Shown: positions 38,006-49,650, counted from the stretch's first letter. The stretch is 63,667 nucleotides of DNA from an uncultured Candidatus Saccharibacteria bacterium (GCA_964348395.1 CAYGCK010000003.1:26095-89761); one strand, 5' to 3'. A program made the numbers and translations. Notes: generated by a model from the letters alone, not told the origin.

Positions 38006-41000
38006 TTAACCTGCGATCCTAGCCCTCTCCCCCGTTGGGATCAGACGTCCTATTATGACGTTTTCCTTAAGTCCCAAAAGTTTGTCCACCCGACCGGCGA
38101 CCGCTGCTTCGGTCAAAACCCTGGTGGTCTCCATAAACGAGGCGGCGGAAAGCCAAGAATCTGTTTTTAGAGACGACTTGGTTATTCCGAGGAGAACGGG
38201 TTCTGCCGTTGCCGACTTTGTACCTTTTTTGAGCTTTTGATTTTCCTCATCAAGATGGACCTTCGTAACGATTTGACCCTGTATTAACCCCGTGCCGCCG
38301 GCGTCGATAACGCGTACTTTGCTAAACATCTGCCTCATTATTACCTCAAGGTGTATGTCGTCGAGATCGATTCCTTGACTCGAGTAAACTTTAAGCGCCT
38401 CGTTGGCCAGATATCTTTGCGTCTTCTTGACCCCCAAGACTTTTACCATCTTTTTGGGGTCGAGATACCCTTCGGTTAACTGCTGACCATCCTCAACCTT
38501 GCTTTTATCTTCGACCAAAATATCGCGACCGAAAGGAACGTCAAATTCCTCTACGTCGTCTCCTCCCGTAACAATTATCTTCTTAGTCTCACCCGCCTCA
38601 ACAATTGAAACCTTTCCGTCAAAGGAGGCCATAGCGGCTTCAAATTTAGGAGTTCGCGCTTCAAATATTTCCTCAACCCTAGGCAAACCCTGGGTTATGT
38701 CGGTCGAGACAACAATACCCCCGGCGTGTTTGGTTCTGAGCGTAAGCTGCGTTCCAGGCTCTCCAATCGACTGGGCGGCAACGAGACCGACGGGTGCCCC
38801 GATTTCAACCGGTCGGTTTCTCCCAAGATCGACGCCGTAACAGACGGCGCAGACTCCGTGTAAGCTCTCGCAAGTTAATGGAGAGTGAACCTTGACCTCT
38901 GCAACTTCCCCCTCATCAATCTGCTTCGCAGCTTGAGGGCTAATGATTTTACCTTTGGACACAATCTTCTTTCGTCCGACTTTTACAACCTCGGCTGCAG
39001 TTCGCCCGGTCAGGCGCTTGGCAAAGGAGGATATCACCACACCTTCCTCCCTTGTTAGGGTTATGGACTCCGACGTTTTACAATCTTCCTCCCGGATCAA
39101 GGCGTCTTGCGCTACGTCAACCAAACGACGCGTCAGATACCCAGCGTCAGCCGTTCTCAAGGCTGTATCAACCAACCCCTTTCTTGCACCACGCGCCCCG
39201 ACAAAGTACTCAAAGGAGGTCAAACCTTCAAGGTAATTTGAACGAATCGGAAGCTCGACACGACGCCCCGTTGGATCGAGCACGTGTCCGCGCATACCCA
39301 TAATCTGCTTAACCTGATCGCGGGTGGCACGAGCCGCACCCGAAGCAATTACTAACCTTATCGGGTTCTCCTCCGAAAGGGCACTCCAAGAAAGCTCGTC
39401 AAGGTTGCTTGTCGCCTCGCTCCAAACCACGCTGGTTAACTCCTTTCGCTCTTCGTCCGTTATCAACCCTCGGCGGAAGTTCTGTTCAATCTCCGTTACC
39501 TTCTGCTCGGCATCTGCTAAAACCTTGGTTTTCTCCTTAGGAACCACTCCATCCGAGTAAGCGAGCGAAACCCCAGAGTGGGTTGAAAAACGAAACCCCA
39601 AGCTTTTGATGTCGTCAATAAGTTTGACAACCACTTCCTCCTCACCGCTTTCAAGAACCTGGCCTATGAACCGTTTAACCTCCTTGGCTCCAACCGCTCC
39701 GTTGAAGAACCGCAAAGACGAAGGGAGCACTCGGTTGAAAATTATTCGACCAACGGAGGTAGTCAAAATCTTGCTGTCGATCCGAACCTTTATGGCTTCT
39801 CGCAACCCAATAAGTTCAAACTCGTGGGCTTGGATAGCCTCCTCCTCATCGCAAAATACCTTAAGCTTCTCATCTTTCCTTTCTTTTTCCTCCTCCAGCA
39901 TACTCGTCAAGTAGTAGGTCCCAAGGACCTGGGCTTTGTTTGGATAGGCAATAGGATCGCCCGTTGCTGGTCGCAGAAGGTTATGCGTCGAGAGCATGAG
40001 CTCACGAACCTCTTCTATAGCGCGCTTCGAAATAGGAAGGTGAACCGCCATGGTGTCCCCATCAAAATCCGCGTTGAAGCCGGCACAAACTGCGGGGTGG
40101 AGTTGGATAGCAGAACCGTCAACCAAAACCGGAAGAAATCCGAGAATTGAGAGTCTGTGAAGCGACGGAGCGCGGTTTAGAATAACCGGGTGATCGACGA
40201 CGAGCTCCTCCAAAATATTCCAAACCTCGTCGTCCCTCGCCTCAAGGTAATTTTTCGCCGACCGCAAGTTTGAAGCGAGCCCTCGAAGAAGAATCTCTCT
40301 AAGTACGTAGGGTTTGAACAGCTCAAGCGCCATCTCACGCGGGATACCGACCTGGTTGAGCTTTAGGTTAGGACCGACAACAATAACCGATCTGCCCGAG
40401 TAATCGACTCTCTTTCCCAAAAGGTTTTGCCTGAACCGTCCTTGCTTTCCAGAAAGAAGGTCGGCAAAGGAGCGAAGGACTCTCCGCCCCCGCTGGACTC
40501 TGCCGCGACGAGCTTTGGAGGAATCTACCAAAGCGTCTACCGCCTCCTGAAGCATTCTCTTTTCGTTTCGAACGATAATCTCGGGCGCTCCAAGCTCCAA
40601 AAGCTGCTTTAAACGGTTGTTTCGGTTTATGACCGTTCGGTAAAGGTCGTTAAGGTCCGATGTTGCAAACCGCCCCCCTTCAAGCTGAACCATTGGTCTC
40701 AAGTCTGGAGGGATAACAGGGATAGCGGTCAAAACAAGCCAGGTTGGGTCGACCTCGGCTTTAAGAAGATCCTCGATAAATCTCAATCGTCGCCGAGCCC
40801 AAACGCGGCGTTCTCCCTTACTTTTCTCAAGACGTTCCCTAAGACGTTTTGAAAGATCCTCCAGATCAATCGAGGAAAGAGCGCGACGCACCGCCTCGGC
40901 CCCCATCATCGCCTCGGCAAATTCCTTGAGGTAGGGGTTTATGAGGTAAAACTCCCGTTCCGAAATAACGGAGAATAGCTTTATAGATTTGAGCGTTTCT

Positions 41001-41548
41001 AGTCCTTCCTTTTTCTCAGCCTTGAGTTTGGCGCGAACTCCCTTGTCCTCAACCTCAGCAATCCTACGGTCGTAATTTTTCTCAAAAGCTTCGATCGCGG
41101 AGGTTCTCTTTTTGCGGTCAAACTCGGTTATCATATAGCGGGAAAAATAAATTACTCCTTCAACATCCCGCGGTGAAAGGCCCAAAACGACGCTTATTAT
41201 GGATGGAACGCCGCGGAAAAACCAGACGTGGGCTACGGGCGAGGCAAGGGTGATATGTCCCATACGTTCGCGGCGGACTCTCTTTGAAGTGACCTCGACA
41301 CCGCACTTGTCACAAATTATTCCCTTAAATCGAGCTTTTTTATACTTTCCGCAGTAACACTCGTAGTCTTTAGTGGGACCAAAAATACGCTCGTCAAAAA
41401 GCCCGTCTTTTTCGGCCCGAAAAGTTCTGTAGTTAATAGTCTCCGGTTTGGTCACCTCACCGTACGACCATTCCTTTACCTTCTCCGGCGAGGAGACTAC
41501 TATTTTTAGAGAATCAAATTCTTTGAACGGTTCGAAACTACTTGGCAT
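38006..41548 (-). CDS. rpoC: DNA-directed RNA polymerase subunit beta'
   Basis: 1180 aa with a zinc finger ([10 protein letters not shown]...CDKCG) and the NADFDGD catalytic motif. Confidence 0.98.
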   Translation of the reverse strand: MPSSFEPFKEFDSLKIVVSSPEKVKEWSYGEVTKPETINYRTFRAEKDGLFDERIFGPTKDYECYCGKYKKARFKGIICDKCGVEVTSKRVRRERMGHITLASPVAHVWFFRGVPSIISVVLGLSPRDVEGVIYFSRYMITEFDRKKRTSAIEAFEKNYDRRIAEVEDKGVRAKLKAEKKEGLETLKSIKLFSVISEREFYLINPYLKEFAEAMMGAEAVRRALSSIDLEDLSKRLRERLEKSKGERRVWARRRLRFIEDLLKAEVDPTWLVLTAIPVIPPDLRPMVQLEGGRFATSDLNDLYRTVINRNNRLKQLLELGAPEIIVRNEKRMLQEAVDALVDSSKARRGRVQRGRRVLRSFADLLSGKQGRFRQNLLGKRVDYSGRSVIVVGPNLKLNQVGIPREMALELFKPYVLREILLRGLASNLRSAKNYLEARDDEVWNILEELVVDHPVILNRAPSLHRLSILGFLPVLVDGSAIQLHPAVCAGFNADFDGDTMAVHLPISKRAIEEVRELMLSTHNLLRPATGDPIAYPNKAQVLGTYYLTSMLEEEKERKDEKLKVFCDEEEAIQAHEFELIGLREAIKVRIDSKILTTSVGRIIFNRVLPSSLRFFNGAVGAKEVKRFIGQVLESGEEEVVVKLIDDIKSLGFRFSTHSGVSLAYSDGVVPKEKTKVLADAEQKVTEIEQNFRRGLITDEERKELTSVVWSEATSNLDELSWSALSEENPIRLVIASGAARATRDQVKQIMGMRGHVLDPTGRRVELPIRSNYLEGLTSFEYFVGARGARKGLVDTALRTADAGYLTRRLVDVAQDALIREEDCKTSESITLTREEGVVISSFAKRLTGRTAAEVVKVGRKKIVSKGKIISPQAAKQIDEGEVAEVKVHSPLTCESLHGVCAVCYGVDLGRNRPVEIGAPVGLVAAQSIGEPGTQLTLRTKHAGGIVVSTDITQGLPRVEEIFEARTPKFEAAMASFDGKVSIVEAGETKKIIVTGGDDVEEFDVPFGRDILVEDKSKVEDGQQLTEGYLDPKKMVKVLGVKKTQRYLANEALKVYSSQGIDLDDIHLEVIMRQMFSKVRVIDAGGTGLIQGQIVTKVHLDEENQKLKKGTKSATAEPVLLGITKSSLKTDSWLSAASFMETTRVLTEAAVAGRVDKLLGLKENVIIGRLIPTGERARIAG

Positions 41549-41551
41549 AGT

Positions 41552-44500
41552 TTAACCTCTTCCCTTACCGCCCTTCGCTTTCGGATTTTCGGCTGAGGAT
41601 CCCTCACCCGACCCCGCCGCTTCGGCCCAACTTTTAGCTAACTTCTCGATCTCACGTTCCGCCTCCTGCGGTGTTTTAGCAACCTCCGCTTCCTCAGCCT
41701 CTTCCTCCGCTTCCCTCTTGAGAGGCTCAACATCCAAAACCACTCCGTTAAGCTCGCGAACTAGAAGTTTAAAGGACTCGGGTAGCGTGGGTTCTGGAAT
41801 CTCCTCCCCTTGGATAATGGCGCGATAAGCCGCGGAGCGGCCTACCAGGTCGTCGGACTTTATGGTCAGCATCTCCTGAAGCGTGTGGGCGGCGCCGTAG
41901 GCCTCCAGCGCCCAAACCTCCATCTCACCAAATCTCTGTCCGCCAAATTGAGCTTTGCCACCCAAAGGCTGCTGGGTGATGAGCGCATAAGGACCTGTCG
42001 AGCGCGCGTGCATCTTATCCTCGGCTAAATGCTCGAGCTTGAGAATATAAGCTTTCCCAATCGCCACCTGCTGGTCATAAAGCCTGCCGTTTCTCCCGTC
42101 GTAAAGCTTAGCTTTACCCGATACAGGAAGCCCCGCTTCCTCGAGCTCGCGCTCCAAAACCTCCTCCTCAAACTTTTCAAAAACCGGAACGGCGTAGCGA
42201 CGGTCTAGCTTCTCCCCCGCCCAGCCCAGGTGAGCTTCCAAAATCTGTCCAAGGTTCATCCTGTTTATAACCGAGTGGGGCTCCAGAATTATGTCAACAG
42301 GCGTTCCATCCTCAAGATACGGCAGGTCCTCTTGAGGGACAATTTTTGAGATCACACCTTTGTTTCCGTGAAGCCCCGCGAGCTTGTCGCCGACCGTAAT
42401 TTTTCTAACCTGGGCCACTCGTACGGAAATCTCCTGAAGGACACCCTCCGGCAGGTCTGCCTCCCCTTTGTTTAGGATCTTAACTCCTACAACTGTTCCC
42501 CACTCCCCATGCGGTACGCGAAGCGAAACATCCCTAACCTCACGCGCCTTCTCACCAAAAATAGCCCGAAGAAGTCTTTCCTCCGCCGAGAGCTCTGTCT
42601 CCCCCTTGGGAGCAATCTTTCCAACCAGGATATCGCCGCCTTTTACCTTGGAGCCTATTACCGCAATCCCCTCCTCATCCAAATTGCGAAGTGCCTCCTC
42701 AGATACATTTGGGATATCGTGGGTCACCTCTTCGGCCCCAAGCTTGGTTTCTAGGACTTGTATGGGGTGCTCGGAGATATGAATAGAGGATAGTAAGTCC
42801 TCGCGGCGAAGGCGTTCCGAGATGACGATTGCATCCTCGTACCCCAACCCGCCCCAGTACATGTAGGCAATAGTTAGATTCCTCCCTAACGCAATCTCCC
42901 CATCCTGGGTTGACGGACCGTCGATAAGAACGTCACCTTTCTTGAAAGCTTGGCCGGGCTCGACCTTAATCTTCTGGTTATAACAGGTTTCGTCGTTTGA
43001 TTTGACAAATTTGAGGAGTTCATACTTTCTCTTTTTGCGTCCGCCTTTGTAGGTGACCTCCAGCGTATCTGAGTCGGCATAAGTAGCTTTCCCATCGCGC
43101 TCGGCCAAAACGGTCAAACCGGAATTGACCGCCAGATCACGCTCAACCCCGGTACCGACGATGGGGGCTTCCGGCGCAATAAGAGGAACCGCCTGACCAA
43201 CCATGTTGGAGGCCATAAGTGCCCTGTTGACATCGTCGTGTGCCAAAAACGGAATGAGGGCGGCCGAGGCGGAAACTATTTGGCGTGGGGTGACATCCAC
43301 GAGCTGAGCGCGCCCAGCGTCACCAAAAAAGAACTCGCCCTTGTGCCTCAAGGGAATTCTCTCCTCCAGAATTTCCCCTCGCTTCCCTAACCTAACCGAA
43401 GCGTCTGCAATAACGTAGTTGTCCTCCTGGGAAGCGGTGATATAGTCGATGTCGTTGGTTACAACCGGGCGACCTCTTCCTTTTTTAATCTTTCGATAGG
43501 GCGATTCCAAAAACCCAAGTTCGTTAACTTTTGCGTAAAGCGCCATATGGGTTGTCAGACCAATCGATGTACCCTCCGGAGTTTTGACCGGACAAACCCG
43601 CCCGTAATGAGTATAGTGGGCGTCGCGGACCGAAAAGCTCGCCCGCTCGGCCGTTAGACCTCCCGGCCCTTTGACCGATAAACGGCGTAGATGCTCCAAA
43701 CCAGCCAACGGGTTAACCTGCTCGTGGTACTGAGAAAGTTGGGAGGAGGCGAAGAAAGAGTGCAACCGCGCTTCGATCGGCCGGGTTGAGATAAGCTGTA
43801 TTGGCTTAGGCAACTGATCGCGAGCCTGCAAACTCATACGTTCCTTGGTAACCCTCTCCATTTGAATGAAGCCTATCCTAACCTGCGCCTGAACAAGCTC
43901 CCCGACAGTCCGTACCCTTCGGTTGCCCAAATGGTCGATGTCTGTTATCTCACCGATCCCGTGGTTTAGTTCTATAACCTTCTTCAGCGCGGCTACCAAA
44001 TCTTCTTTATTTAGAAGACGGTTTTTGCGCTCGTCGAGGGAAAGTTCAAGCCCCAATTGCTCGTTGAGCTTGAATCGCCCCGCGCGGCCCAAATCGTAAC
44101 GGCGGTGGTCAAAGAATATTCGCTCAAAAGTAATCTTTGCAGTCTCAAAAAGAGGAGGCTCTCCCGGACGGACCTTCCCGAATATCTCGACCACGGCTTC
44201 CTCGTAGGATTTAGTCTGATCTCTTTTGAGGGTCTCTTCGATAAACGGACGGTTGGGGTCGGTGTCGACGTCGGAAAAAGTTTCTTTGATATCGCTGTCC
44301 CGAGTTAACCCAAAAGCACGAAGGAGAACGGTCGCAGGCATTTTTCGGTAGTTACTAATTTTTACGGTTAGGTGGTTTCCACGGTTCGTACCAAATTCAA
44401 GCCACGCACCGTTTTTAGGAAGAAGCCGAGCGGAAGAGAGGGGGACACCGGTCGTGGGGTCCGACTCGCGGGAGAAGTAGACACCTTCCGAGCGCAAAAG

Positions 44501-44881
44501 CTGGTTAACCACGGCGCGCTCGATACCGGAAACTATAAAGGTCCCACCTTCGGTCATCTGCGGAATCTCGCCCATATAGATTTCCTGGCTTGCCGTTTTT
44601 CCGCTTTTAATCTCCTTAAGCTCTGCAGTTAAGTACCAGGGAATAGAGTAGGTCAACCCCTTCTTTATCGCTTCCTCCTTGGTAATCTTGGGCTTGCCGA
44701 AGCGAGGCTTCCCAAAGCGGAGTTCCCACCCGCGCCCTGTGTAGTCTTGAATAGGATTAATCTCCTCCAATACCTCAGCGATGCCCTCGGTAAGGAGTGC
44801 ATCAAAAGATTGCTTTTGAACCGTCGAAAGTTCAGACAGCGGGAGGAGTTCAGATGTTTTGCCCAGCCAGACCCTTGACAT
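41552..44881 (-). CDS. rpoB: DNA-directed RNA polymerase subunit beta
   Basis: About 1109 aa with conserved rpoB blocks (e.g. GEMEVWALEAYGAAHTLQE). The ORF track starts at a GTG at 44899, but I prefer the ATG at 44881. Confidence 0.97.
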   Translation of the reverse strand: MSRVWLGKTSELLPLSELSTVQKQSFDALLTEGIAEVLEEINPIQDYTGRGWELRFGKPRFGKPKITKEEAIKKGLTYSIPWYLTAELKEIKSGKTASQEIYMGEIPQMTEGGTFIVSGIERAVVNQLLRSEGVYFSRESDPTTGVPLSSARLLPKNGAWLEFGTNRGNHLTVKISNYRKMPATVLLRAFGLTRDSDIKETFSDVDTDPNRPFIEETLKRDQTKSYEEAVVEIFGKVRPGEPPLFETAKITFERIFFDHRRYDLGRAGRFKLNEQLGLELSLDERKNRLLNKEDLVAALKKVIELNHGIGEITDIDHLGNRRVRTVGELVQAQVRIGFIQMERVTKERMSLQARDQLPKPIQLISTRPIEARLHSFFASSQLSQYHEQVNPLAGLEHLRRLSVKGPGGLTAERASFSVRDAHYTHYGRVCPVKTPEGTSIGLTTHMALYAKVNELGFLESPYRKIKKGRGRPVVTNDIDYITASQEDNYVIADASVRLGKRGEILEERIPLRHKGEFFFGDAGRAQLVDVTPRQIVSASAALIPFLAHDDVNRALMASNMVGQAVPLIAPEAPIVGTGVERDLAVNSGLTVLAERDGKATYADSDTLEVTYKGGRKKRKYELLKFVKSNDETCYNQKIKVEPGQAFKKGDVLIDGPSTQDGEIALGRNLTIAYMYWGGLGYEDAIVISERLRREDLLSSIHISEHPIQVLETKLGAEEVTHDIPNVSEEALRNLDEEGIAVIGSKVKGGDILVGKIAPKGETELSAEERLLRAIFGEKAREVRDVSLRVPHGEWGTVVGVKILNKGEADLPEGVLQEISVRVAQVRKITVGDKLAGLHGNKGVISKIVPQEDLPYLEDGTPVDIILEPHSVINRMNLGQILEAHLGWAGEKLDRRYAVPVFEKFEEEVLERELEEAGLPVSGKAKLYDGRNGRLYDQQVAIGKAYILKLEHLAEDKMHARSTGPYALITQQPLGGKAQFGGQRFGEMEVWALEAYGAAHTLQEMLTIKSDDLVGRSAAYRAIIQGEEIPEPTLPESFKLLVRELNGVVLDVEPLKREAEEEAEEAEVAKTPQEAEREIEKLAKSWAEAAGSGEGSSAENPKAKGGKGRG

Positions 44882-45002
44882 AGAGTAAATCACAAACACC
44901 CACAGGGCGCCTGCCCCATGCGCTCACAGGAGTGCTATTCAGTTAACACGGGTAAGTTAACACGTTGACGAAAGAGAGTCAAGAGCTTGGCCAGGACCGC
45001 CC

Positions 45003-46016
45003 TCAATCCTCACTAAGGTAAAGCTCACGATTTCTGCTGTGCTCCTTAAGAGTGGTCGCGTAGTAGACCTTCCCGTCTTTACCGTGAAGGTAATACCAGT
45101 AAGGCGACTCCTTATAGCCGGCCGCCGCCTTGAGCGCCTTGACCCCGGGATTTGCGATAGGCCCGGGCGGGAGTCCTTTGATTTTGTAAGTGTTGTAAGG
45201 AGAGTCAACGGCCAGGTCGGCCGACGTGAGCGTATCTTTCCACCACTCCCCATTATCCTCTTGATAACCCAGAGCGTATTGGACGGTCGCGTCAACCTGT
45301 AGAAGATGGGTAGGCCACCCCGGAGATCTCCAACGCTTGACCAAAATTCCAGCTATGGTTTGCATCTCCTCCTCGGTTTCGCGTTCCAAAGTCTCCCGCT
45401 CCAAGAGCGACGCCAAAATCACTATCTGCTCTTGCGTCAGGCCGCTTGAGGCCGCGGGCTGCAAAACGTTATCCTGATACCTCTCTTCGAAGTTACTGCG
45501 AAGTATCTCAACCAATTCATCAGCGCTGATATCTATGGAAACAAGATATGTGTCGGGGAAAAGATAGCCTTCCAGATCTTCGGTTAAGGTTAGAAATTCC
45601 TCGGAGAATGTCTCGTCATCAACCGGAAGCTTAGACAGAACATACTCGAGGTACTGCTCTTTCCTCCAACCCTCCAAAAAGGTCACCGTTATATCAAAGG
45701 TACCGTGGCCCAAAAGCTCGGCGATTTGAACGATAGAGAGGGTTGGGGGTATCTCGTAGCGGCCGGCTTGAATTTTTGAGGTTAGACCCTTCCACTGGAC
45801 GTAGAGGACAAAAGCAGACGCCGAACGGATTAAACCTGCCTCGTGAAGACGGGAGGCAACCTGCGTTACTGACTCCCCAGGTTCAACCACAATCTCGCGC
45901 TTCTCCCCCTCCCCTACCGGCTTGTTTATCTGGTAGCTGAAAAAAACCCAGGCGCCGGCGGCCAAAAGACCGAGGAAGAGGAGGGCAAGGAGAACTCTTC
46001 TTGCACGTAGCATCAC
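45003..46016 (-). CDS. mltG: endolytic murein transglycosylase MltG (YceG-like)
   Basis: N-terminal TM, then LASLLERE...SPYNTYKIKGLPPGPIANPG, the YceG signature. Confidence 0.88.
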   Translation of the reverse strand: MMLRARRVLLALLFLGLLAAGAWVFFSYQINKPVGEGEKREIVVEPGESVTQVASRLHEAGLIRSASAFVLYVQWKGLTSKIQAGRYEIPPTLSIVQIAELLGHGTFDITVTFLEGWRKEQYLEYVLSKLPVDDETFSEEFLTLTEDLEGYLFPDTYLVSIDISADELVEILRSNFEERYQDNVLQPAASSGLTQEQIVILASLLERETLERETEEEMQTIAGILVKRWRSPGWPTHLLQVDATVQYALGYQEDNGEWWKDTLTSADLAVDSPYNTYKIKGLPPGPIANPGVKALKAAAGYKESPYWYYLHGKDGKVYYATTLKEHSRNRELYLSED

Positions 46017-46039
46017 TTAACAATTATACGCGAGGCGCA

Positions 46040-46489
46040 TCACTTACGGGGAGAGATGGGCTTTTCCAAGAGCCAAAAGCCCCAAAGCACCACGAGCGCG
46101 GCGACGGTGGTAAAAACGGCCAGGGCGTACTCGCCTAAACCGGCGGCCATACCGATAGCGGCGGTAATCCATAAAGAAGCGGCGGTCGTAACGCCCCTAA
46201 CCTCCCCACGGGTCGAGATGATGACCCCGGCTCCCACAAAACCCATACCGGCCAAAACCTGCGAAGCGATACGGGTGGGGTCGGCGGCGCCGTCTCCGAA
46301 AGCGGAGCTCATCGACAAAACTGTGAAAAGGGCCGAGGCTATGGCTATAAGGGTGTGTGTCCTTAAACCCGCGGGCTTGTCGTGAAACTCCCGCTCGGCA
46401 CCGATAACGGCGCCCAGAACGAGCGCTACTAAAATACTCCAAAACGCAGGGCCTAGGGACAAAAACTCCATCAAATTCAAAGATATCAA
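46040..46489 (-). CDS. MgtC/SapB family membrane protein
   Basis: GAVIGAEREFHDKPAGLRTHTLI..., 149 aa, 4-5 TM. Confidence 0.8.
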   Translation of the reverse strand: MISLNLMEFLSLGPAFWSILVALVLGAVIGAEREFHDKPAGLRTHTLIAIASALFTVLSMSSAFGDGAADPTRIASQVLAGMGFVGAGVIISTRGEVRGVTTAASLWITAAIGMAAGLGEYALAVFTTVAALVVLWGFWLLEKPISPRK

Positions 46490-46509
46490 ATTATCTCGCC
46501 CTCGTTCAC

Positions 46510-46878
46510 CTACTTACTCTTCTCGTCGAGATATTCTTGCAGAATTAGAGCGGCGGAGGCGGAGTCAAGCTCCCGCCGACGCTTCTTGGATTTTCCCGCC
46601 TCGATCAACTTCCGCTGTGCCTCACGGGTGGTCAAAATCTCCGATCGCAAAACCACCGGCACTCCAAACTCTTTCTCAATTTTCTTGCCCAAACCCCTTA
46701 CTTTCCCCTCATGTTCTCCTTCAGGCACCCCCAGGACCACCTGCTCTATGCCCTCCTGCCCAATGACGTCCGTCAATTCCTCAAACGTCGAGACCACTCC
46801 GTAAGGTTCGGCGAGATAATCCCGAGAGATAGCCAAGCCTATTCTCTTCTCACCCCAATCCACACCAAGGATACTCAC
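46510..46878 (-). CDS. ruvX: Holliday-junction-resolvase-like putative pre-16S rRNA nuclease (YqgF/RuvX)
   Basis: ILGVDWGEKRIGLAIS......LDSASAALILQEYLD. Confidence 0.85.
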   Translation of the reverse strand: MSILGVDWGEKRIGLAISRDYLAEPYGVVSTFEELTDVIGQEGIEQVVLGVPEGEHEGKVRGLGKKIEKEFGVPVVLRSEILTTREAQRKLIEAGKSKKRRRELDSASAALILQEYLDEKSK

Positions 46879-46922
46879 AATTAAGATGATAACCCAAAAT
46901 AAAGAAACCCCCGTTCTTGGGA

Positions 46923-47441
46923 TCAGAACGGGGGGTCCGGAACCTCCATGGCAAATTCGTGTGCCTCGGTTTCACGATCGTCAGCGAGAACGCGGTTGAT
47001 GCGCCAGCTGAAATCAAGCAACCTCGGAGCAAGTTCGCACTTGTTGCCGTGCTCCGGGCAAGCTTGTTCAAGAGATGATGGTTTCCCATCCCTGAGCTGA
47101 CCGAACGCGCCGCCGAAACAAGGGTGGATAAACACGTCCCAAGCGTCTTGCCACTCCACCTTGAGGATATACACCCAGTGACCACCGTTCCCGGCGTATT
47201 CCACCGTTCTTGCGATCTTCTTTCCCATCGATCTCTTGCTGGTAGTTACGTCCACCAAAAGCCGACGGTTCCCTTTGTGTATAACGAGATCAAACCCGCG
47301 GTGGAGATCCGAATACTCTCCTGCTGGCTCGACCGCGAACTTGTTGCCGTTGGCTTTGTTGGCTAACCCAGCTCGGAACGCCAAGGCGAGTATCGCCGCC
47401 GGCTCAGCAGCCGAATCTCGGGTATGAGTTCGGGAAGCCAC
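46923..47441 (-). CDS. hypothetical protein, 172 aa (GC-rich orphan; possible PD-(D/E)xK-like core)
   Basis: GTG start with AAGGAGG 6 nt upstream. GFDLVIHKGNRRLLVDVTTSK weakly resembles restriction-endonuclease-fold motifs II/III. No confident family. Confidence 0.4.
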   Translation of the reverse strand: MASRTHTRDSAAEPAAILALAFRAGLANKANGNKFAVEPAGEYSDLHRGFDLVIHKGNRRLLVDVTTSKRSMGKKIARTVEYAGNGGHWVYILKVEWQDAWDVFIHPCFGGAFGQLRDGKPSSLEQACPEHGNKCELAPRLLDFSWRINRVLADDRETEAHEFAMEVPDPPF

Positions 47442-47560
47442 ATCTTTCCTCCTTTCCTCAAGAGTAGGTTTCCTACCCAGATTTTATCTCAATTATCTGA
47501 AGTTTAACACCCTTTCAACTATAGGTCAAGGAACTGGGTGGTGCTAAACTTAGATTACAG

Positions 47561-48613
47561 ATGAATCAGCGAACGGGAGTTGCCACCTTCGGGTTGGATT
47601 ACGGCACCTGTCCTCCTTGGCTTTTCGCCAAAATGAAGCGCTTGGCGCGACTTCTTGCGGAGGCGATTGTTTGGGAGTTTTCCCCTACCGAGTTTATTAA
47701 ACGAATGTCCAACCCCTTCTTCTTCCAATCCTTCGGGACAATCCTCGCCTTTGACTGGGACGCTTCTGGCTTGACCACCACAACTACCGCCGCTATAAAG
47801 GAAGCGCTTCGCGGAACGGAACGGAGCTTAGGAGTGTTTGTCGCTGGTGGAAAGGGAAGAACATCTCTCAAAACCCCCGAGGATATAAGAAATCATTTTT
47901 CCAAGTATCAATTATCAATTAACAACTGCGACAAGCTTATCTATGCCTCAAAGATGTCGGCCAAGGTCGACAACACCGCCGTCCAAGACGGTTTCCAGCT
48001 ATATCATCACGCTTTCTTTTTTGACCGGAAAGGCAACTGGTCGGTCGTACAGCAAGGAATGAATGAAAAGATAAAACGTGCGCGACGCTACCACTGGTTC
48101 TCCAAAGGGTTCTCCGATTTTGTGGAGGAGCCGCACGCCGGTATAACTCAGCCACAGAGAGGAAAGGTTCTCAACTTGGTTAGCAAGAAAAGTAGAGACA
48201 ACAAGGATGTAAGTGTCGAGCTGGTGAAGGATATTAAAACCCTAAGGGGAGATCTTAAGGTTTTGGATTATGTCGGTGTGCCGTTTGACAAGAGAAGGTT
48301 GGAGAGTACACTCAACAACGCCTACGAGCGCTCACCCGAAAACTTCGAAAATCTTTTGGCGGTAAGGGGAGTCGGTCCCAAGACCATCCGCGCGCTTTCT
48401 TTAATATCCGAACTAATCTATGGCGCCGCTCCATCCTACCAAGATCCAGCTCGCTACTCCTTCGCCCACGGAGGTAAAGACGGCATTCCCTACCCCGTAG
48501 ACCGGAAAGTATACGACCAAAGTATCTCGGTCTTGGAACGAGCCGTAAGGCGCGCAAAGCTCCAGCATGCAGAAAAGGAGAAAGTCTTCCGAAAGTTGGA
48601 AACCTTTCTCTAG
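47561..48613 (+). CDS. DUF763 domain-containing protein
   Basis: 350 aa. The N-terminal GLDYGTCPPWLFAKMKRLARLLAEAI and FDWDASGLTTT, plus a C-terminal HhH-like LLAVRGVGPKTIRALSL, match my recollection of DUF763. Confidence 0.6.
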   Translation: MNQRTGVATFGLDYGTCPPWLFAKMKRLARLLAEAIVWEFSPTEFIKRMSNPFFFQSFGTILAFDWDASGLTTTTTAAIKEALRGTERSLGVFVAGGKGRTSLKTPEDIRNHFSKYQLSINNCDKLIYASKMSAKVDNTAVQDGFQLYHHAFFFDRKGNWSVVQQGMNEKIKRARRYHWFSKGFSDFVEEPHAGITQPQRGKVLNLVSKKSRDNKDVSVELVKDIKTLRGDLKVLDYVGVPFDKRRLESTLNNAYERSPENFENLLAVRGVGPKTIRALSLISELIYGAAPSYQDPARYSFAHGGKDGIPYPVDRKVYDQSISVLERAVRRAKLQHAEKEKVFRKLETFL

Positions 48614-48666
48614 CTATCGTGATATCATAAACCGATAATTGCCTGTCCGTCCTCCTGCCTTAAAAG

Positions 48667-49638
48667 ATGGATTCTCCAAAGACCATCCTCAAAACCTTGA
48701 AAGCGGCAAAGATCATACTTATACCGTTCCATCGAAGACCCGACGGGGACATGGTAGGTTCCGCTCTGGCCGTCTATCACTTTCTGAAAAGCCTGGGTAA
48801 GAAATCCATACTTATAAGCGCCGACCCAATACCGGAGAATTTTCTTTTCTTACCCGGAGCAAAAAGAATAAAGATGGAGGATCCCGCCGAGCTAGATCTC
48901 TCGGACATTGATGTGATTCTTCTCCTGGATAACGGCGACCCGTTCCGATTCACCAAGAATGGGCGCGTAGATTTGCCCCCAAAACTCCTTATGGTCAATA
49001 TCGACCACCATGACAGCAACCGTGGATTCGGGGACTTGAATTACGTTGTTCCCAAAGCCGCTTCGACCACTGAGATACTTTTTGACCTCTTCAAAGCGTG
49101 GAGGATCCCCATAGGAGATAAAATAGCAACCTGTTTACTCACGGGTATATACACCGACACAGCGGGTTTTCTCCTGCCCAAGACGTCGCACGGTACCATT
49201 TCCAAAGCGGGCGAGCTTGTTAAAAAAGGCGGCGACCGAAAGGCCGTGGTAGACAAGGCTTTCCAAAGCTGGCCCGTAAAGGCTTTCCGGGTTTGGACCA
49301 CACTTCTGGACAACGCAAAACTAAAAGGGTCCGTAGCATACTCGACCTTGTCATACCAAGAGGTAAAAGCTCTGGGATGCACGCCTGCGGACTTGGCGGC
49401 GGCTCGGGGTTTTGCCGCGGGGGCTCTGCTTTTGGCCGTCGATAAGGTGAAAAGAGCCTTGGTTTTCTCGGAGGAAACTCCCAAAACAGTGAGGGTCTCA
49501 ATGCGCGCCAAACCAGGATTTTCCGTCGACCGTGTAGCCAAGCAATTCGGAGGAGGAGGTCATACCACATCTTCCGCTTTTGACTTCGAGGGACCCCTTA
49601 AAAAGGCGGTCTCTAAGACCTTGCACCTCATAAGGTAA
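48667..49638 (+). CDS. nrnA: DHH/DHHA1 phosphoesterase (NrnA-like oligoribonuclease/pAp phosphatase)
   Basis: HRRPDGDMVGSALA (DxD), LLLDNGD, NIDHHDSN (DHH), and C-terminal GGGHTTSSAF (DHHA1 GGGH). Confidence 0.8.
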   Translation: MDSPKTILKTLKAAKIILIPFHRRPDGDMVGSALAVYHFLKSLGKKSILISADPIPENFLFLPGAKRIKMEDPAELDLSDIDVILLLDNGDPFRFTKNGRVDLPPKLLMVNIDHHDSNRGFGDLNYVVPKAASTTEILFDLFKAWRIPIGDKIATCLLTGIYTDTAGFLLPKTSHGTISKAGELVKKGGDRKAVVDKAFQSWPVKAFRVWTTLLDNAKLKGSVAYSTLSYQEVKALGCTPADLAAARGFAAGALLLAVDKVKRALVFSEETPKTVRVSMRAKPGFSVDRVAKQFGGGGHTTSSAFDFEGPLKKAVSKTLHLIR

Positions 49639-49650
49639 ACTTGAAACGCA

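Noticed and set aside
38055-44632. Numerous 60-140-aa ORFs on the plus strand within rpoC and rpoB.
   Set aside because: They are antisense to very well-supported, motif-rich RNA polymerase genes, so they are typical shadow ORFs. The same applies to the antisense ORFs inside fusA, tuf, secY, alaS, ftsK and the r-protein genes.
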